DNA of 64,000 nt, taken from the IMG/VR virus record IMGVR_UViG_3300031555_002904; one strand, given 5' to 3'. Numbering within the stretch: the stretch's first letter is position 1; every line of letters starts with the position of its first letter. A program made the translations under genes and the position numbers. This DNA comes from a virus. Taxonomy: Duplodnaviria > Heunggongvirae > Uroviricota > Caudoviricetes. The notes below the pieces were generated by a model. The model was not told the DNA's origin. It saw only the letters and a program-made list of their open reading frames with translations, and searched no databases. Below, one piece after another: positions 1 to 10,329 of this stretch.

Positions 1-1200
1 GGCTCCATAAAAATAAAATGGATCAGTGGAAGTAAAACTGATTGAACCACTCATAGTACCGCCACTTAATGGTAATACTTGATCTAAATAAGCAATTTGA
101 TGATGATGGTTAAAAGTAGTACGATTTGAACCATTCGCAAAATATAATTTATCAAACTAATGACTATAATAAAAAGCACCAAAAGCAGCATCACTCTAAT
201 ACCAAGCAATACCTGTCATCCAACCGCTAACATCAGCACCAGCATTAGTAATTTCAGGTAAATTTTTATTACCATACAACATTCGCAAATGAAATTTTCC
301 TTCAGCCATGTCATAAAAATTATTATAATCATTAATACTACGAATTTCAACTGTAGCTGTAGTAGCTGACTAGCCAGACACATTAATATTCCAAGTACCA
401 GAAGCTCCTCCGCCTGTTAGAGTTGGAGAATATGAATTATAATTGCTACTATCTAATACTCTTTTCCAAGGCTTTCCCACGCAAGCGCTTGAGTTAGTTC
501 TATACCATAATCCGTTACTATCCTATACTCCAAACGCTAATTGACTAATCCAATCAGTATTACTTCCTGCTCCCCAAGCCATACTTAACCCATGTATCCA
601 TCCTGCAGCTCCACGAGGATTATCTTCTGCTGCGTGAATCATAGCAGCAGCAAAACCTTGTTTAGCAAGGTCATTAAAAGTTACAGTAGAAGAACCTCCC
701 ACATTATTTGAATTATATACTTTAATATAATTATTTGAACCAGATGCAGGACATGCCCAATTACTATAATTTGCAGAAGTTAAAATTGGTTTCCAATCAT
801 TCCATGTTGTAGTATTCTTTCTTGAGCGTACTGCCATTCCGCCACTACCAGCACCATCATCTATCCAAAGCTATGCTCCCCATCCTGATCCTTGCCCAAT
901 AGAGAGTACGGCACCATCATTTTTAAGTCCAGTAATATCACTTCCAATCCAAGTTAATTGCATTCCATTATTTAAAAAAGCATCAATATCAGCATCAGTA
1001 TTTAATTTTGTCGCATTTTTATTTAAAATAGAAGCTCGACCAACATTCATATTTGCTGGAGTAATATAATATATATAATTATCTGATCCAATACAAGCAA
1101 TTTTATTTACACTTGTTTTTGCCGTTGCTGCTGAAGTATATAGCCATTCTGATTTTAAATATTTTCCTTCAATATGGCCATCAACTTTTAACGTTCCCAT
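1..1200 (-). CDS. Tail fibre / receptor-binding protein A (runs off the window end; code 15)
   Basis: Track ORFs 871..1200 and 523..837 are one frame interrupted only by TAG (5 in window); the frame stays open to base 1. Starts MGTLKVDG after an AGAGAAAGGAG RBS; contains fibre motifs YSPTLTGGGASGTW and LPLSGGTMSG. Confidence 0.8.
391..445. repeat. 55-bp segment shared by fibre A (391-445) and fibre C (5741-5795)
   Basis: 51/55 identical; encodes NYN.YSPTLTGGGASGTW. Confidence 0.85.
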
Positions 1201-1256
1201 ATATAAAATCTCCTTTCTCTCAAAGAGTATAAATCTATTTCTATATTATATTATTT

Positions 1257-1328
1257 TTCCTAAAGCATTTTTTTTCTTCTGGCCAGAAGAAAAAAAAACT
1301 CATATATGATTTTTTATATATAATTAGA
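1257..1328. promoter_or_regulatory. Divergent putative late promoters centred on a 28-bp palindrome
   Basis: TTTTTTTCTTCTGGCCAGAAGAAAAAAA between back-to-back fibres A and B; carries the GGNC motif found upstream of other late units. Confidence 0.55.
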
Positions 1329-1370
1329 AATATAACTCTTTTTATTTTGAGAGAAAGGAGATTTTATATA

Positions 1371-3158
1371 ATGGGAAAATTATAGATTAATGGGGATTTG
1401 CTTCTTGCAGCTGGTAATGAAGATCGCTTTTTAACATTTAATTACACTGGTGGAACTGGATATGATTGGCGCATAGGTTATTTAGGATCTGGTGCAGGTA
1501 ATGAAAACTTTTTAGTATTTTAGAGCGATAAAGAAGGTAGCACCTTTTATAATGCTTTAAAATTTGGCTTAACTACATTAAATGCTGAGTTCGGTGGAAC
1601 TGTAACTGCTTCATCATTTATTGGTAATTTAAGTGGTAATGCGTCTACTGCTTCCAAGCTATCTGCGGCACGCACTTTCACTATTGGAGATAGTAGTAAA
1701 TCTTTTGATGGTAGCGGGAATGTGTCTTGGACATTAGCGGAGATAGGGGCTTCTGATAGGACTTTATTATTAGGTAATTCTAAAGCGATTTGGATTGATG
1801 GAAATGCAAACACTTATTATCCTGTTTATATTAATATGGGGCACGGTGGTATTTTATTTGGATGGGAGACTTTATCAATATCTCGCCGATATAATGACAG
1901 TGCGCCCAATAGCTGGAATACATCTACTCATAGGGGCGGTTTAACTTTTACACTGCGATGGAGTGGTGACTCAGGATGGGGCGGAAATGATCATAATATT
2001 ATGGTTGAAGAATTTAGTGAAACTTATTCTACAATGGTTGGTGGTATGACATTATCCGTTGATGGACTAATAGTTTGGTTGCGCGGCGGCGGAGCAAGAT
2101 ATTACTTGAGTAGTCCATATGGCTTAGCTGCTTATGCAACTGTTTATTATGACGGATATACTGCTGGTGATGGGCGCACCTATTCTGCACGCAGTTATAA
2201 TGCAGATACTGTAGCAAGTGAAATTCATTCAAAATGGCTTGTACGACCATGGGGAATATTTGCTGGAACCGCATCTAATGCTGATACTATTGATGGACAT
2301 CACTTTAACTGGGATGGCAAAGGTGGGCAGCCCACTTGGCTATGGGGCGCTAATGAATATGGTAATAGCTATGTGTATAATCCAGCTAATTTTAGTGTAA
2401 ATTATGCTAATAGTGCTGGAAGTGCAGGTAGCTCCACAACTACTTCTTATCCAGCGGGATTTGTTTAGAGGGCATCCACATCAGATTGGGGTACTGTGCG
2501 AACTGGCTTAATTACGGAGTGGGATGCTGGCCCAAACAGTAATAAAGGCGCAGTGGCTTTTATGGCATATCCGAGTGCGAATGAAGTTAGTGTTAAAATT
2601 GATGGTTATTTTTTCTAGAATGAAGGTAATAATAGGGTATTGGATATTGGAGATATTCCTGTTAACAGTGCTTCAGCATGGTTAAATACTTCTGGGTGGT
2701 ATAAAATCGCTACAGTAACTAAATACAGCGGAAATACTGGCCCTTTATCTGTATTATTAATTATTGGAAAGAACTATTCATATTCAACTAGTGATATGTT
2801 TACTATTTTAGTTCAAGGCGGTTATTATAATACATAGTTTATTCCTCTTGGACATTGTGATAATGGCCTTGATTGCTTTACTTATATTCGTTCCACTGGA
2901 GATGGGGCCGCAACTGGATTTGACATTGAAGTATATTTAAATACTCCTTCTGGAGGTAATAATTTTTATGTTAAAGCTGTTGCGCTAATCGGTAATGTTT
3001 CTTGTCATGCATTTGCCTCACCATCTGGGTCAGTAATGAAAACTTATCAAATTCAAAATTGTACCCATAATGGAACTTTTGGTACTACTGATCCAGCTTC
3101 TAATCCCTCTGCGATTCCTGGCTATGGTGAAACTGGTGCAATTTATTATAAAATTTAA
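1371..3158 (+). CDS. Tail fibre / receptor-binding protein B, 595 aa (code 15)
   Basis: ATG 1371 after AGAGAAAGGAG; 5 in-frame TAG join track ORFs 1722..2468 and 2640..2837; TAA at 3156-3158. G/S/N/W-rich, GNLSGNASTAS and NFSVNYANSAG shaft motifs, ends GAIYYKI. Confidence 0.82.
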
Positions 3159-3173
3159 TTAAATAAAAAAAAT

Positions 3174-3213
3174 AAAGGCGAGATATTGATTAATTTCAAT
3201 ATCTCGCCTTTTT
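3174..3213. terminator. Bidirectional intrinsic terminator
   Basis: Perfect stem AAAGGCGAGATATTGA-ttaatt-TCAATATCTCGCCTTT flanked by A and T runs, between convergent genes. Confidence 0.85.
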
Positions 3214-3222
3214 ATTGTTTAA

Positions 3223-3633
3223 TTAACAAACAGGAGTGATTTTATTCAAACTAACTTCTGCTTCAATCTTATTAGTGATATAAGCAGTTAAGTCGCCATA
3301 AATCTCACTTAAATATTTCTTTGCATCATCAGTTAATACTGTCATAACAGCATTAAATGTCAAATCAAAAGCTTCTTTTTGAGCTTCTTTAGTAAATGCA
3401 TTTTCCTTCTTTAATGCGTCAACATATGTCTGAGTAGTAGCAATAACACAAGCACAAATAGTATCATCGAGCATTGCGATGTATTTATCCGCAGTATCAT
3501 TATCAACCTTGTTTTGAATTTCTGCACTTTTTGCATTAATAAACTTTACCACATAGGCAGTTAATACACCTAATAGAGGAATAACACATACTTGTAAAAT
3601 TTCATATAATAATGGTAACCATTCCATAATCAA
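3223..3633 (-). CDS. Phage holin (LL-H-like)
   Basis: 136 aa, single N-terminal hydrophobic helix (ILQVCVIPLLGVLTAYVV) followed by a charged helical body ending ITNKIEAEV; no TAG. Confidence 0.7.
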   Translation of the reverse strand: MIMEWLPLLYEILQVCVIPLLGVLTAYVVKFINAKSAEIQNKVDNDTADKYIAMLDDTICACVIATTQTYVDALKKENAFTKEAQKEAFDLTFNAVMTVLTDDAKKYLSEIYGDLTAYITNKIEAEVSLNKITPVC

Positions 3634-3821
3634 TCTTCCTCTCCAGTATGATCAATGCCCATCAACTTATCTACACATTCAGTAAGGCTATTAATCATTT
3701 CTTGTAACCAATGGTCGCTTAAATCAGACCATTCTTTTACTTTTTTAATATAGGCGTCTTGCTCTTTAATTTGGCGCTCAAGTACTTCAATACGAGCTAA
3801 TAATTCTGCATTGGTAGGCAT
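3630..3821 (-). CDS. Small coiled-coil protein upstream of the holin
   Basis: 63-aa ORF with AAAGGAG RBS, overlapping the holin start. Confidence 0.65.
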   Translation of the reverse strand: MPTNAELLARIEVLERQIKEQDAYIKKVKEWSDLSDHWLQEMINSLTECVDKLMGIDHTGEED

Positions 3822-3918
3822 TTTTAATTCTCCTTTACTTCATTAAAATTCGGATTTTATTCCGTATTATTTATAAAATTTTAATATTAAATAACAAATG
3901 AGGTTTGACCAATTTAAA

Positions 3919-4512
3919 TTATCCGCCACACTATTTCCAATTAGTACCATCAACGCATATCCAAGGAATGCATTGTTTCCAATTAGTACCATCAACACAA
4001 ATCCAAGGTAATGCTCGTTGCCAGTTTGTCCCATCTGTATTTATCCATACCGTATTACCATCATAAGTTGCATAAATGCTACAGCTGGTCATAAGATAAC
4101 AAGACCATACTGCATCTGGATACCAAATATAAAAATAATAAGTAGTATTAGGTGATAACGATAAATTCTAAATATTAAAAGTTACTGTTGAAGTAGCCTA
4201 ATATACGGTTCTTGGAACAACTACTGTAGTTGTGCGAGTCTATTTTTTTAAAGTGTCAAAACTTGTAATTTTTGTAGATGTAATAAGTACATTATAAGTT
4301 TTCTAAGAAGTTGCTGAGCCGCTATATTTATCATAAGCATCAAAAGTAATGCTTAAGCTTGTTGTTTTGCCACTAGACGGAGTTACAAACGGAATACCGC
4401 AAGCATAAAAAACAGAGTATTCAGTTTCATATCCGAACCATCGCCGGTCATCTCTGCCATTAGAGTGACATGGAACATAATTATCTTGTTGTGCTATATT
4501 TCCACTTTGCAT
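3919..4512 (-). CDS. Small adhesin-like protein with three C-terminal Trp repeats, 197 aa (code 15)
   Basis: ATG 4512 (AAGGGAG RBS), 5 TAG, TAA 3919-3921; ends WINTDGTNWQRALP/WICVDGTNWKQCIP/WICVDGTNWKQCGG. Confidence 0.75.
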
Positions 4513-4525
4513 AATATTTACTCCC

Positions 4526-6601
4526 TTATCCAATAGTCTAATAATAAAGCGTGCCAACTCGAGCATTACCACTAGGTTGATTTGCACCAAAATTGTGACA
4601 AGTATCTCCAGCATTAACTTTAATACCTATTTCGTATCCAACATCAGAAGGAATAGTATCCCAAAATCCATAATTCTAAATAGAAGAATACCATTGATAA
4701 GATTCTAAAACAGTAATGTTTGCCTAAGAATAATTAACGTATTTCATCCACATGGTAAAATTACCAGTACTCTCATTATAATAGGCTTTAAAATCATCAA
4801 TTCCATAAGGGCAAGAGCCATTATAGTTTAAACTTCCAACAAGAGGGGCCAAACCAGCGCTATTAACATCTAAAGTTAGACTAAAAATTCCAGTGCCCTA
4901 ATATCTAGATGAAATTGCTAATACTAACCGAGCATTTCGCCATCCCCCAAGAGTCTCTTGGCAAATTTTTACCCATTTTCCATTGTGAGTGCCAGGTTCG
5001 CCCCACATCGCAGTGGTTGATGTAAGTCTATTAGCTGTAGAAGCCTATCCTGCCGTGGTAGCATAATTTGCGGTACCTGTAAAATAATTAGCATGAATAG
5101 TCGCATCACCATTTGGTCCTCCAAAAACAAATTTAGTTGGAATAGGTCTAGCATCTGTTGCACGATATCCCATATAAATTGTTGAATCTATATAGTTATT
5201 AGTGCCACCGAAATTAATTTCATTATTTTTCTCTGCTACAATACTCATAGTTCCATCACCTATGTTAATATGACTATGAGATTGTGGTTTAAAAGATTCT
5301 TCACTTATTTCAGTTGAATCACTTGGTAAAATTGTATTAAATTGTGCAGTATGAACCCAATTATTTACATATCTACCATTTAATAAAGAAACATCCCAAT
5401 AACCATAACTATTTCCACCATATACTGCAACATATAAATATAATCTATTATTTGTAGCATCTTTATATAAATAAAATGTTCGTTTTATTTTTCCTCCTAT
5501 TTGCACTCTAGAAGTAGAATAACCAAAACCACCATTAGTATCACTCTATACTGTAATTAAATCAGATGAAGAATGCTAATTTCCCCAAAAAGAACTGCTA
5601 ACGCATAACACCCAACTCTAAAATTCAGAACCAACTTGAAAATATCCAAGTTCTAAAATATGTGTATCAGCATCTGCGTAAAATCCTCCCCATGCTGTTC
5701 CATTATAAATAAGAGCTGATGCACCAGTAATGTTAATACCCCAAGTGCCAGAAGCTCCTCCGCCTGTTAAAGTTGGAGAGTATAAATTATAATTGGCAGA
5801 AGTTAGTAAAGTATGCCATGGAATATCAGTTAAAGTAGCATTAGGTTTTTGTATTCCTCTAATTGCAAATCCGTACTAACTACTTCCTGCAATTTGCATT
5901 TTACACACACCATCATGAAAATTTACACATCCGTAATATCCATCCCAGGGTTTTGCACCAGAAACTGTCACTTCATTTGATGCACGTACTTCAAAAAATC
6001 CGTTAAAAGTCAAATTATCAATATTATAAGAATTTCCAACATCTTCCCGAGTGAGTGTGTAGAAACCTCCATTATTAGGTGTTAAAATTTTATAATTAGT
6101 ACCATTTTTACGATGATATATATCAGTGTTATAGGTCTCAAGATAAATACTTTTTCCACTATTACCAGACCCGTAAACTGCCAAAAACAATCCATCTGAT
6201 GAATTAGCAGCTAAATATGCATCTGTATTAATGTTTGTAAATCTTAAAGCATATTCAGCTTTTAATATAGCAGAATCTCCATGAAAATTAATACCATAAA
6301 CATCAGCCCATCTAACAGTTGGTCCACCTAAATTATAAATGGCATCTCCTATTGGATAAAAAGTATTACTATTCATGCGAAAACGAGGTTCTGCCTAAGT
6401 GTAAAATACTAAATCATTATTATTCGCATAACCGCTGCTAGCCATTCCACCAATACCAGCCCATTTAACTGAACTATCACTAGCATTTAAAAATTTTATG
6501 CCTGGACCCCATCCAGTCGAATTGTAATTTAATGTTTGATGAAGTACCAAAGGCCAACTCTAACCATCGAGGTTAGATACATTAATTTTTAAAGCACCCA
6601 T
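4526..6601 (-). CDS. Tail fibre / receptor-binding protein C, 691 aa (code 15)
   Basis: ATG 6601; 11 TAG join track ORFs 5876..6376 and 5045..5506; TAA 4526-4528; starts MGALKIN, ends GTLYYQTIG. Confidence 0.82.
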
Positions 6602-6733
6602 ATAAAATCTTCCTTTCTCTCAAAAATAAAAAGAGTTAAATTCTATTTCTAATAAAATATGAAAAATCTCATGTATGTTTTTTTTTTTCTTTGGGCCAAA
6701 TAAATTTAATTATTCCGATCAGAGAAATTTGAG

Positions 6734-6762
6734 TTGATTTTTCAAAAAAATAATGGTATAAT
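6734..6762 (+). promoter_or_regulatory. sigmaA promoter at the start of the replication block (ancestral gyrB promoter)
   Basis: TTGATT-17 nt-TATAAT with extended -10 TG. Confidence 0.8.
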
Positions 6763-6805
6763 ATAACTACAAGAAAAATCTCAAGAAATTTGAAAGGAGA
6801 ACGAT

Positions 6806-7138
6806 ATGTCAGATTATGGCGTAAAAGACATAAAGACGCTTGAAGGCATCGAAGCGATTAGACTTCGTCCTGGTATGATAGATTATTGTATTGAGCATCA
6901 GTATGAACTTCCACGAAGATTACAATATTATGCTAAATATTATCCAAATGTATCATTTTCCCAAGCATTGGAGTTATATTCTTTGTCTGTTCGAGAGGTT
7001 ATTGTTCTTTTCCAAGCCAAACATTTATTTGACGCTTCTTTAAGTTTTGGTCGTGGTCTTATTTATGCAAGAGACAAATGGCTTGAAAAAATGTCCCAAG
7101 CAGAAAAAATTGCGGCCGCATACCTACTGGCGGAATAA
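6806..7138 (+). CDS. Chimeric ORF: original GyrB residues 1-24 fused to 86 unrelated residues
   Basis: MSDYGVKDIKTLEGIEAIRLRPGM matches the GyrB N-terminus, then diverges exactly where YIG is expected; strong AAAGGAG RBS. Confidence 0.75.
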   Translation: MSDYGVKDIKTLEGIEAIRLRPGMIDYCIEHQYELPRRLQYYAKYYPNVSFSQALELYSLSVREVIVLFQAKHLFDASLSFGRGLIYARDKWLEKMSQAEKIAAAYLLAE

Positions 7139-7185
7139 GGGTCAGTTTCACCGATTTCGTCCCGGCATTGGTCCGGAATGGAAAA

Positions 7186-7214
7186 TTGACTTTTATCAAT
7201 TTTTATGATATAAT
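7186..7214 (+). promoter_or_regulatory. sigmaA promoter for the GIY-YIG gene and the repaired gyrB
   Basis: TTGACT-17 nt-TATAAT with extended -10 TG. Confidence 0.85.
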
Positions 7215-7235
7215 AGAAAGGTAAGGTGAATTTCT

Positions 7236-7988
7236 ATGTATCAAATTTATAAAATAACTAATCAAAAAAATGGAATGGTCTATATTGGTTCATCAATTGA
7301 AGTTGAACGCAGATGGAGACAACATAAAGAAGCTTCCATTAATGAGAAAGACCATCATTATAATTATCCTTTAATGATTGCTTTTAGAGAGTTCGGTATT
7401 GATAATTTTACTTTTGAGATTATTGAAACTCTACCTTCTTGGGAAGAGATGATTGAAGCCGAACATAATTGGATTGTAAAAGAAGATTGTGTAAAACCAA
7501 AAGGCTACAATCAGACTGATAAAACTGATAGCCCAATGTTTGATCCCTCTATCGCAAAAAAAATGAGTGATACTAAACGAGTTAAATATGGTAAAAAAGT
7601 TTGTGAAATCTCTTCTAATAAAGAAATTGTCGGAGCATGGAATTCGTTAGCAGAAGCTGGTGAAAACACGGGTCTTGACCGATTTAAGATTAGTGATGTG
7701 TGCAATGGCCGACGTTTAACCACCGGAGGTAGAGTGTTTAGATTTACTGATGAAGAAGGTAATTTAATTGAACCTGAAATAAAAGTAAATAAAACTCAAA
7801 CCAGTAGAATTACAAAATCCAGTAGGAAAGTTGTAAAAATGAATGATAATAATGAAGAATTACAAGTTTATGATAGCGTAGCACGTGCGGCCGCAGATAA
7901 TAATTGCGACGCAAGTGCCATATCAAAAGTTTGTAACGGTTCAAGAAATAAATGTGGAGGTTTTAAATGGAAATACCTAACAATGTAA
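7236..7988 (+). CDS. GIY-YIG homing endonuclease with two C-terminal NUMOD1-like DNA-binding repeats
   Basis: YQIYKITN...VYIGSS...RWRQH N-terminus; repeats WNSLAEAG...ISDVCNG...GGRVF and YDSVARAA...ISKVCNG...GGFKW. Confidence 0.9.
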   Translation: MYQIYKITNQKNGMVYIGSSIEVERRWRQHKEASINEKDHHYNYPLMIAFREFGIDNFTFEIIETLPSWEEMIEAEHNWIVKEDCVKPKGYNQTDKTDSPMFDPSIAKKMSDTKRVKYGKKVCEISSNKEIVGAWNSLAEAGENTGLDRFKISDVCNGRRLTTGGRVFRFTDEEGNLIEPEIKVNKTQTSRITKSSRKVVKMNDNNEELQVYDSVARAAADNNCDASAISKVCNGSRNKCGGFKWKYLTM

Positions 7989-9886
7989 ATAATGCTGAAT
8001 ATGGCGTTAATCAAATTAAAACCTTGGAAGGAATTGAAGCAATTCGTCTTCGTGCGGGAATGTATATCGGAAGTGTTGGACCCGAAGGTGTCAGACACAT
8101 CACACTCGAAATCATTTCTAATGCAGTTGATGAATATTTAAATGGACATTGTACTCATTGCACCATTGACGTTGGAGAAGATGGCGTAATTTGTATTCAT
8201 GACAATGGTCGTGGCGTTCCTTTTGGCAAGGCTGAGGATGGTAGTGAAGTTTTAGTTAATGTTTATACCAAGCTTCATACTGGTGCAAAGTTTGATAGCT
8301 CTGGCAAGACTGGCTATAATACCTCCGGTGGTATGAATGGTGTCGGTGCTAAAGCAACAAATGCATTGTCTGAAATTTTTACTGTTGTATCTTATCGTGA
8401 CGGTAAAAAGGCTACAGCCGAATTTGCTCGTGGCGAGTTATTAAAATATAATGAAGTACAAGATCCCAATCAAAAAGTTACCGGCACAGCTATTATGTTT
8501 AAACCAGATGCCACCATTTTTAAAGAAGGCATTATGCTTGAATACGCTCCTCTCAAGAAGCAAATCCAAGAGTTAGCTTACTTATCTCCTGGCTTAGTAT
8601 TTGAACTAAACTATAAAGACACTAAAGAAACTATTACTTCTCAAAACGGTATTCGTGATTACATTAATGACCTAAACGATGGTAAAAATAAAGTAACTTC
8701 TGTATTCTATACTGAAAGTATGGAAGATAGAATTGGTGTAAAAATTGCTATGCAATATAATGATACTTATACTGATATGTATCGCTTATATACCAACTCC
8801 ATTCCCAATAGTGCGGGAACCCACTTGACCGGTTTCAGAACCGCGCTCACTTCTACAATCAACGAGTATGCTCGTGAAAAAAAGCTACTCAAAGAAAAAG
8901 ATGCCAATATTACTGGTGAAGAATTGAAGGAAGGTTTAGTTCTTGTCCTGTCCTTCATTATGCCTGACCCTGTTTTCTCCGGTCAGACAAAGGATGTTCT
9001 CTCCAGTAGTGAGGCTCGTACCGCAGTACAACGATTGACCGCAAGAGAAATTAAAGTTTGGCTTGATGCAAATCCAAAAGATGCCAAAGCAATCGTAGAT
9101 AAGGCTCTTCTGGCTCGTGCGGCCCGTGAAAAGGCAAAGAAAGCCAAGGAAACCGTGCGGAAGGTCGATAATAAGCGGCGTGTACTCTTACCTGATGTAT
9201 TGAGTGATGCCAACTCTAAGGATCGTCACCTCTGTGAAGTATTCCTCGTTGAGGGTAAATCCGCTGCCGGTACTACAATCGAAGCTCGTGACCGCAATAC
9301 CCAGGCTGTTTTCCAGCTTCGTGGTAAGATTTTGAATGTTTTGAAAACTGATTTACATAAGGCTCTTCAGAATAAGGAAATTAGCGGTATGATTGACGCC
9401 TTCGGTTTGGAAGTTAAAGATGGTAAGGTTATCGTTGATGAATCTAAGCTGAGATATGGCAAGATTATTATCACCGCGGATGCTGATGTCGACGGAAGCC
9501 ACATTCGAGTCCTGTTCCTTACATTCATTTGGAAATTCTGTCCCGAGCTTATTGAAAAGGGATATATTTATGCAGCAGTACCTCCTCTATATAAAGCAAC
9601 ATATGGTACCAATATCAAGTATCTCGTAAATGATGCTGCGCTCAATGAATTTAGAGCTGGTATGAAGAGATCTTTTGAGCTGGGTCGTATGAAAGGCTTA
9701 GGTGAGATGGACCCAGATGAAATGGCTGAAACTGTTATGAATGCTAAGACTCGTATTCTTAAACAGATTACTATGGAAGACGCAGCAGCAGTCGCGCAGA
9801 CATTTATGAGTTTAATGGGAGAGTCGGTTACGCCCAGAAAGAAGTTCATTGAAGAGAACTCTTGGAGGGCTAATATTGATGTCTGA
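7967..9886 (+). CDS. gyrB: DNA gyrase / type IIA topoisomerase subunit B
   Basis: EIISNAVDE, DNGRGVP, GGMNGVG (GHKL ATPase); VEGKSA, LRGKILN, DADVDG, KGLGEM (TOPRIM). Confidence 0.97.
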   Translation: MEIPNNVNNAEYGVNQIKTLEGIEAIRLRAGMYIGSVGPEGVRHITLEIISNAVDEYLNGHCTHCTIDVGEDGVICIHDNGRGVPFGKAEDGSEVLVNVYTKLHTGAKFDSSGKTGYNTSGGMNGVGAKATNALSEIFTVVSYRDGKKATAEFARGELLKYNEVQDPNQKVTGTAIMFKPDATIFKEGIMLEYAPLKKQIQELAYLSPGLVFELNYKDTKETITSQNGIRDYINDLNDGKNKVTSVFYTESMEDRIGVKIAMQYNDTYTDMYRLYTNSIPNSAGTHLTGFRTALTSTINEYAREKKLLKEKDANITGEELKEGLVLVLSFIMPDPVFSGQTKDVLSSSEARTAVQRLTAREIKVWLDANPKDAKAIVDKALLARAAREKAKKAKETVRKVDNKRRVLLPDVLSDANSKDRHLCEVFLVEGKSAAGTTIEARDRNTQAVFQLRGKILNVLKTDLHKALQNKEISGMIDAFGLEVKDGKVIVDESKLRYGKIIITADADVDGSHIRVLFLTFIWKFCPELIEKGYIYAAVPPLYKATYGTNIKYLVNDAALNEFRAGMKRSFELGRMKGLGEMDPDEMAETVMNAKTRILKQITMEDAAAVAQTFMSLMGESVTPRKKFIEENSWRANIDV

Positions 9887-10109
9887 GTATCATGGATACT
9901 GGTTTTATGGGTTGAGAAATGATGAAATTATCCAAGCAAAAGATTTAGCTGAAGAGTATTGTCTTTTGAATTGTCCCCAGGAATATGATGGGCCATTCAC
10001 ATATGAAGCATAGGTGATTCGTTATCGCCTTGCCAATCCAACCCTAAGTCGCGATTTCAATCAAATGCTAAAAGATATGGAGAAATTTTATTATGGCGAA
10101 TGTAATTAA
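9879..10109 (+). CDS. Hypothetical protein, 76 aa (code 15)
   Basis: ATG overlapping the gyrB stop; one TAG; TAA at 10107. Confidence 0.6.
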
Positions 10110-10329
10110 GATCGCACCTTGCGATACAGTTCTCGTCACTATTGGCAATGATGTTGATCTTGATGAATATAGAGCTATTGCCGATCGCTTCATCGAGAAT
10201 CTTCACACATAGAATGTAATTCTAATGCCAGAATATGCAGTAAAAGATATTACAGTATTCAAGCGTGAGCTTACTGGCACGAGTAATATGTTTTTGAATG
10301 GAGGATGCCTATATGAGTAGTCTTACTAA
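10093..10329 (+). CDS. Hypothetical protein, 78 aa (code 15); probable paralog of the next gene
   Basis: MANVIKIAPCDTVLVTIG..., two TAG, tightly packed between neighbours. Confidence 0.55.

Larger units (their letters stand above)
6878..8062 (+). mobile_element. Free-standing homing-endonuclease element inserted in gyrB at RPGM|YIG, carrying a recoded replacement gyrB 5' end
   Basis: GyrB N-terminal 22 aa occur twice (6812-6877 and 7997-8062), 18/22 identical in protein but divergent at most synonymous sites, flanking a promoter and a GIY-YIG gene. Confidence 0.75.

Noticed and set aside
3919-4050. CRISPR array or non-coding tandem repeat
   Set aside because: The 42-bp period lies in frame within a protein (14-aa repeat); there are no unique spacers.
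4513-4614. Hydrophobic N-terminal extension of track ORF 4303..4614 as a membrane anchor
   Set aside because: It overlaps the 3' end of fibre C in another frame; the RBS points to ATG 4512.
391-5795. Diversity-generating retroelement template/variable repeat pair
   Set aside because: Differences are C/T on the coding strand at mostly synonymous sites rather than adenine-specific, the repeat is mid-gene, and no reverse transcriptase is in the window.
1200-6601. Classical shufflon or invertible tail-fibre cassette
   Set aside because: No recombinase is in the window, and each fibre is a complete gene with its own start and promoter motif rather than a promoterless C-terminal cassette; only promoter inversion remains as a weak possibility.
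6878-8062. Group I intron, intein or ribosomal bypass in gyrB
   Set aside because: No P7/P4 core is visible, the junction lacks the U|...G| signature, stops occur in the gyrB frame, there are no intein terminal residues, 1.2 kb is far too long for a gene-60-type hop, and introns do not duplicate 22 codons.
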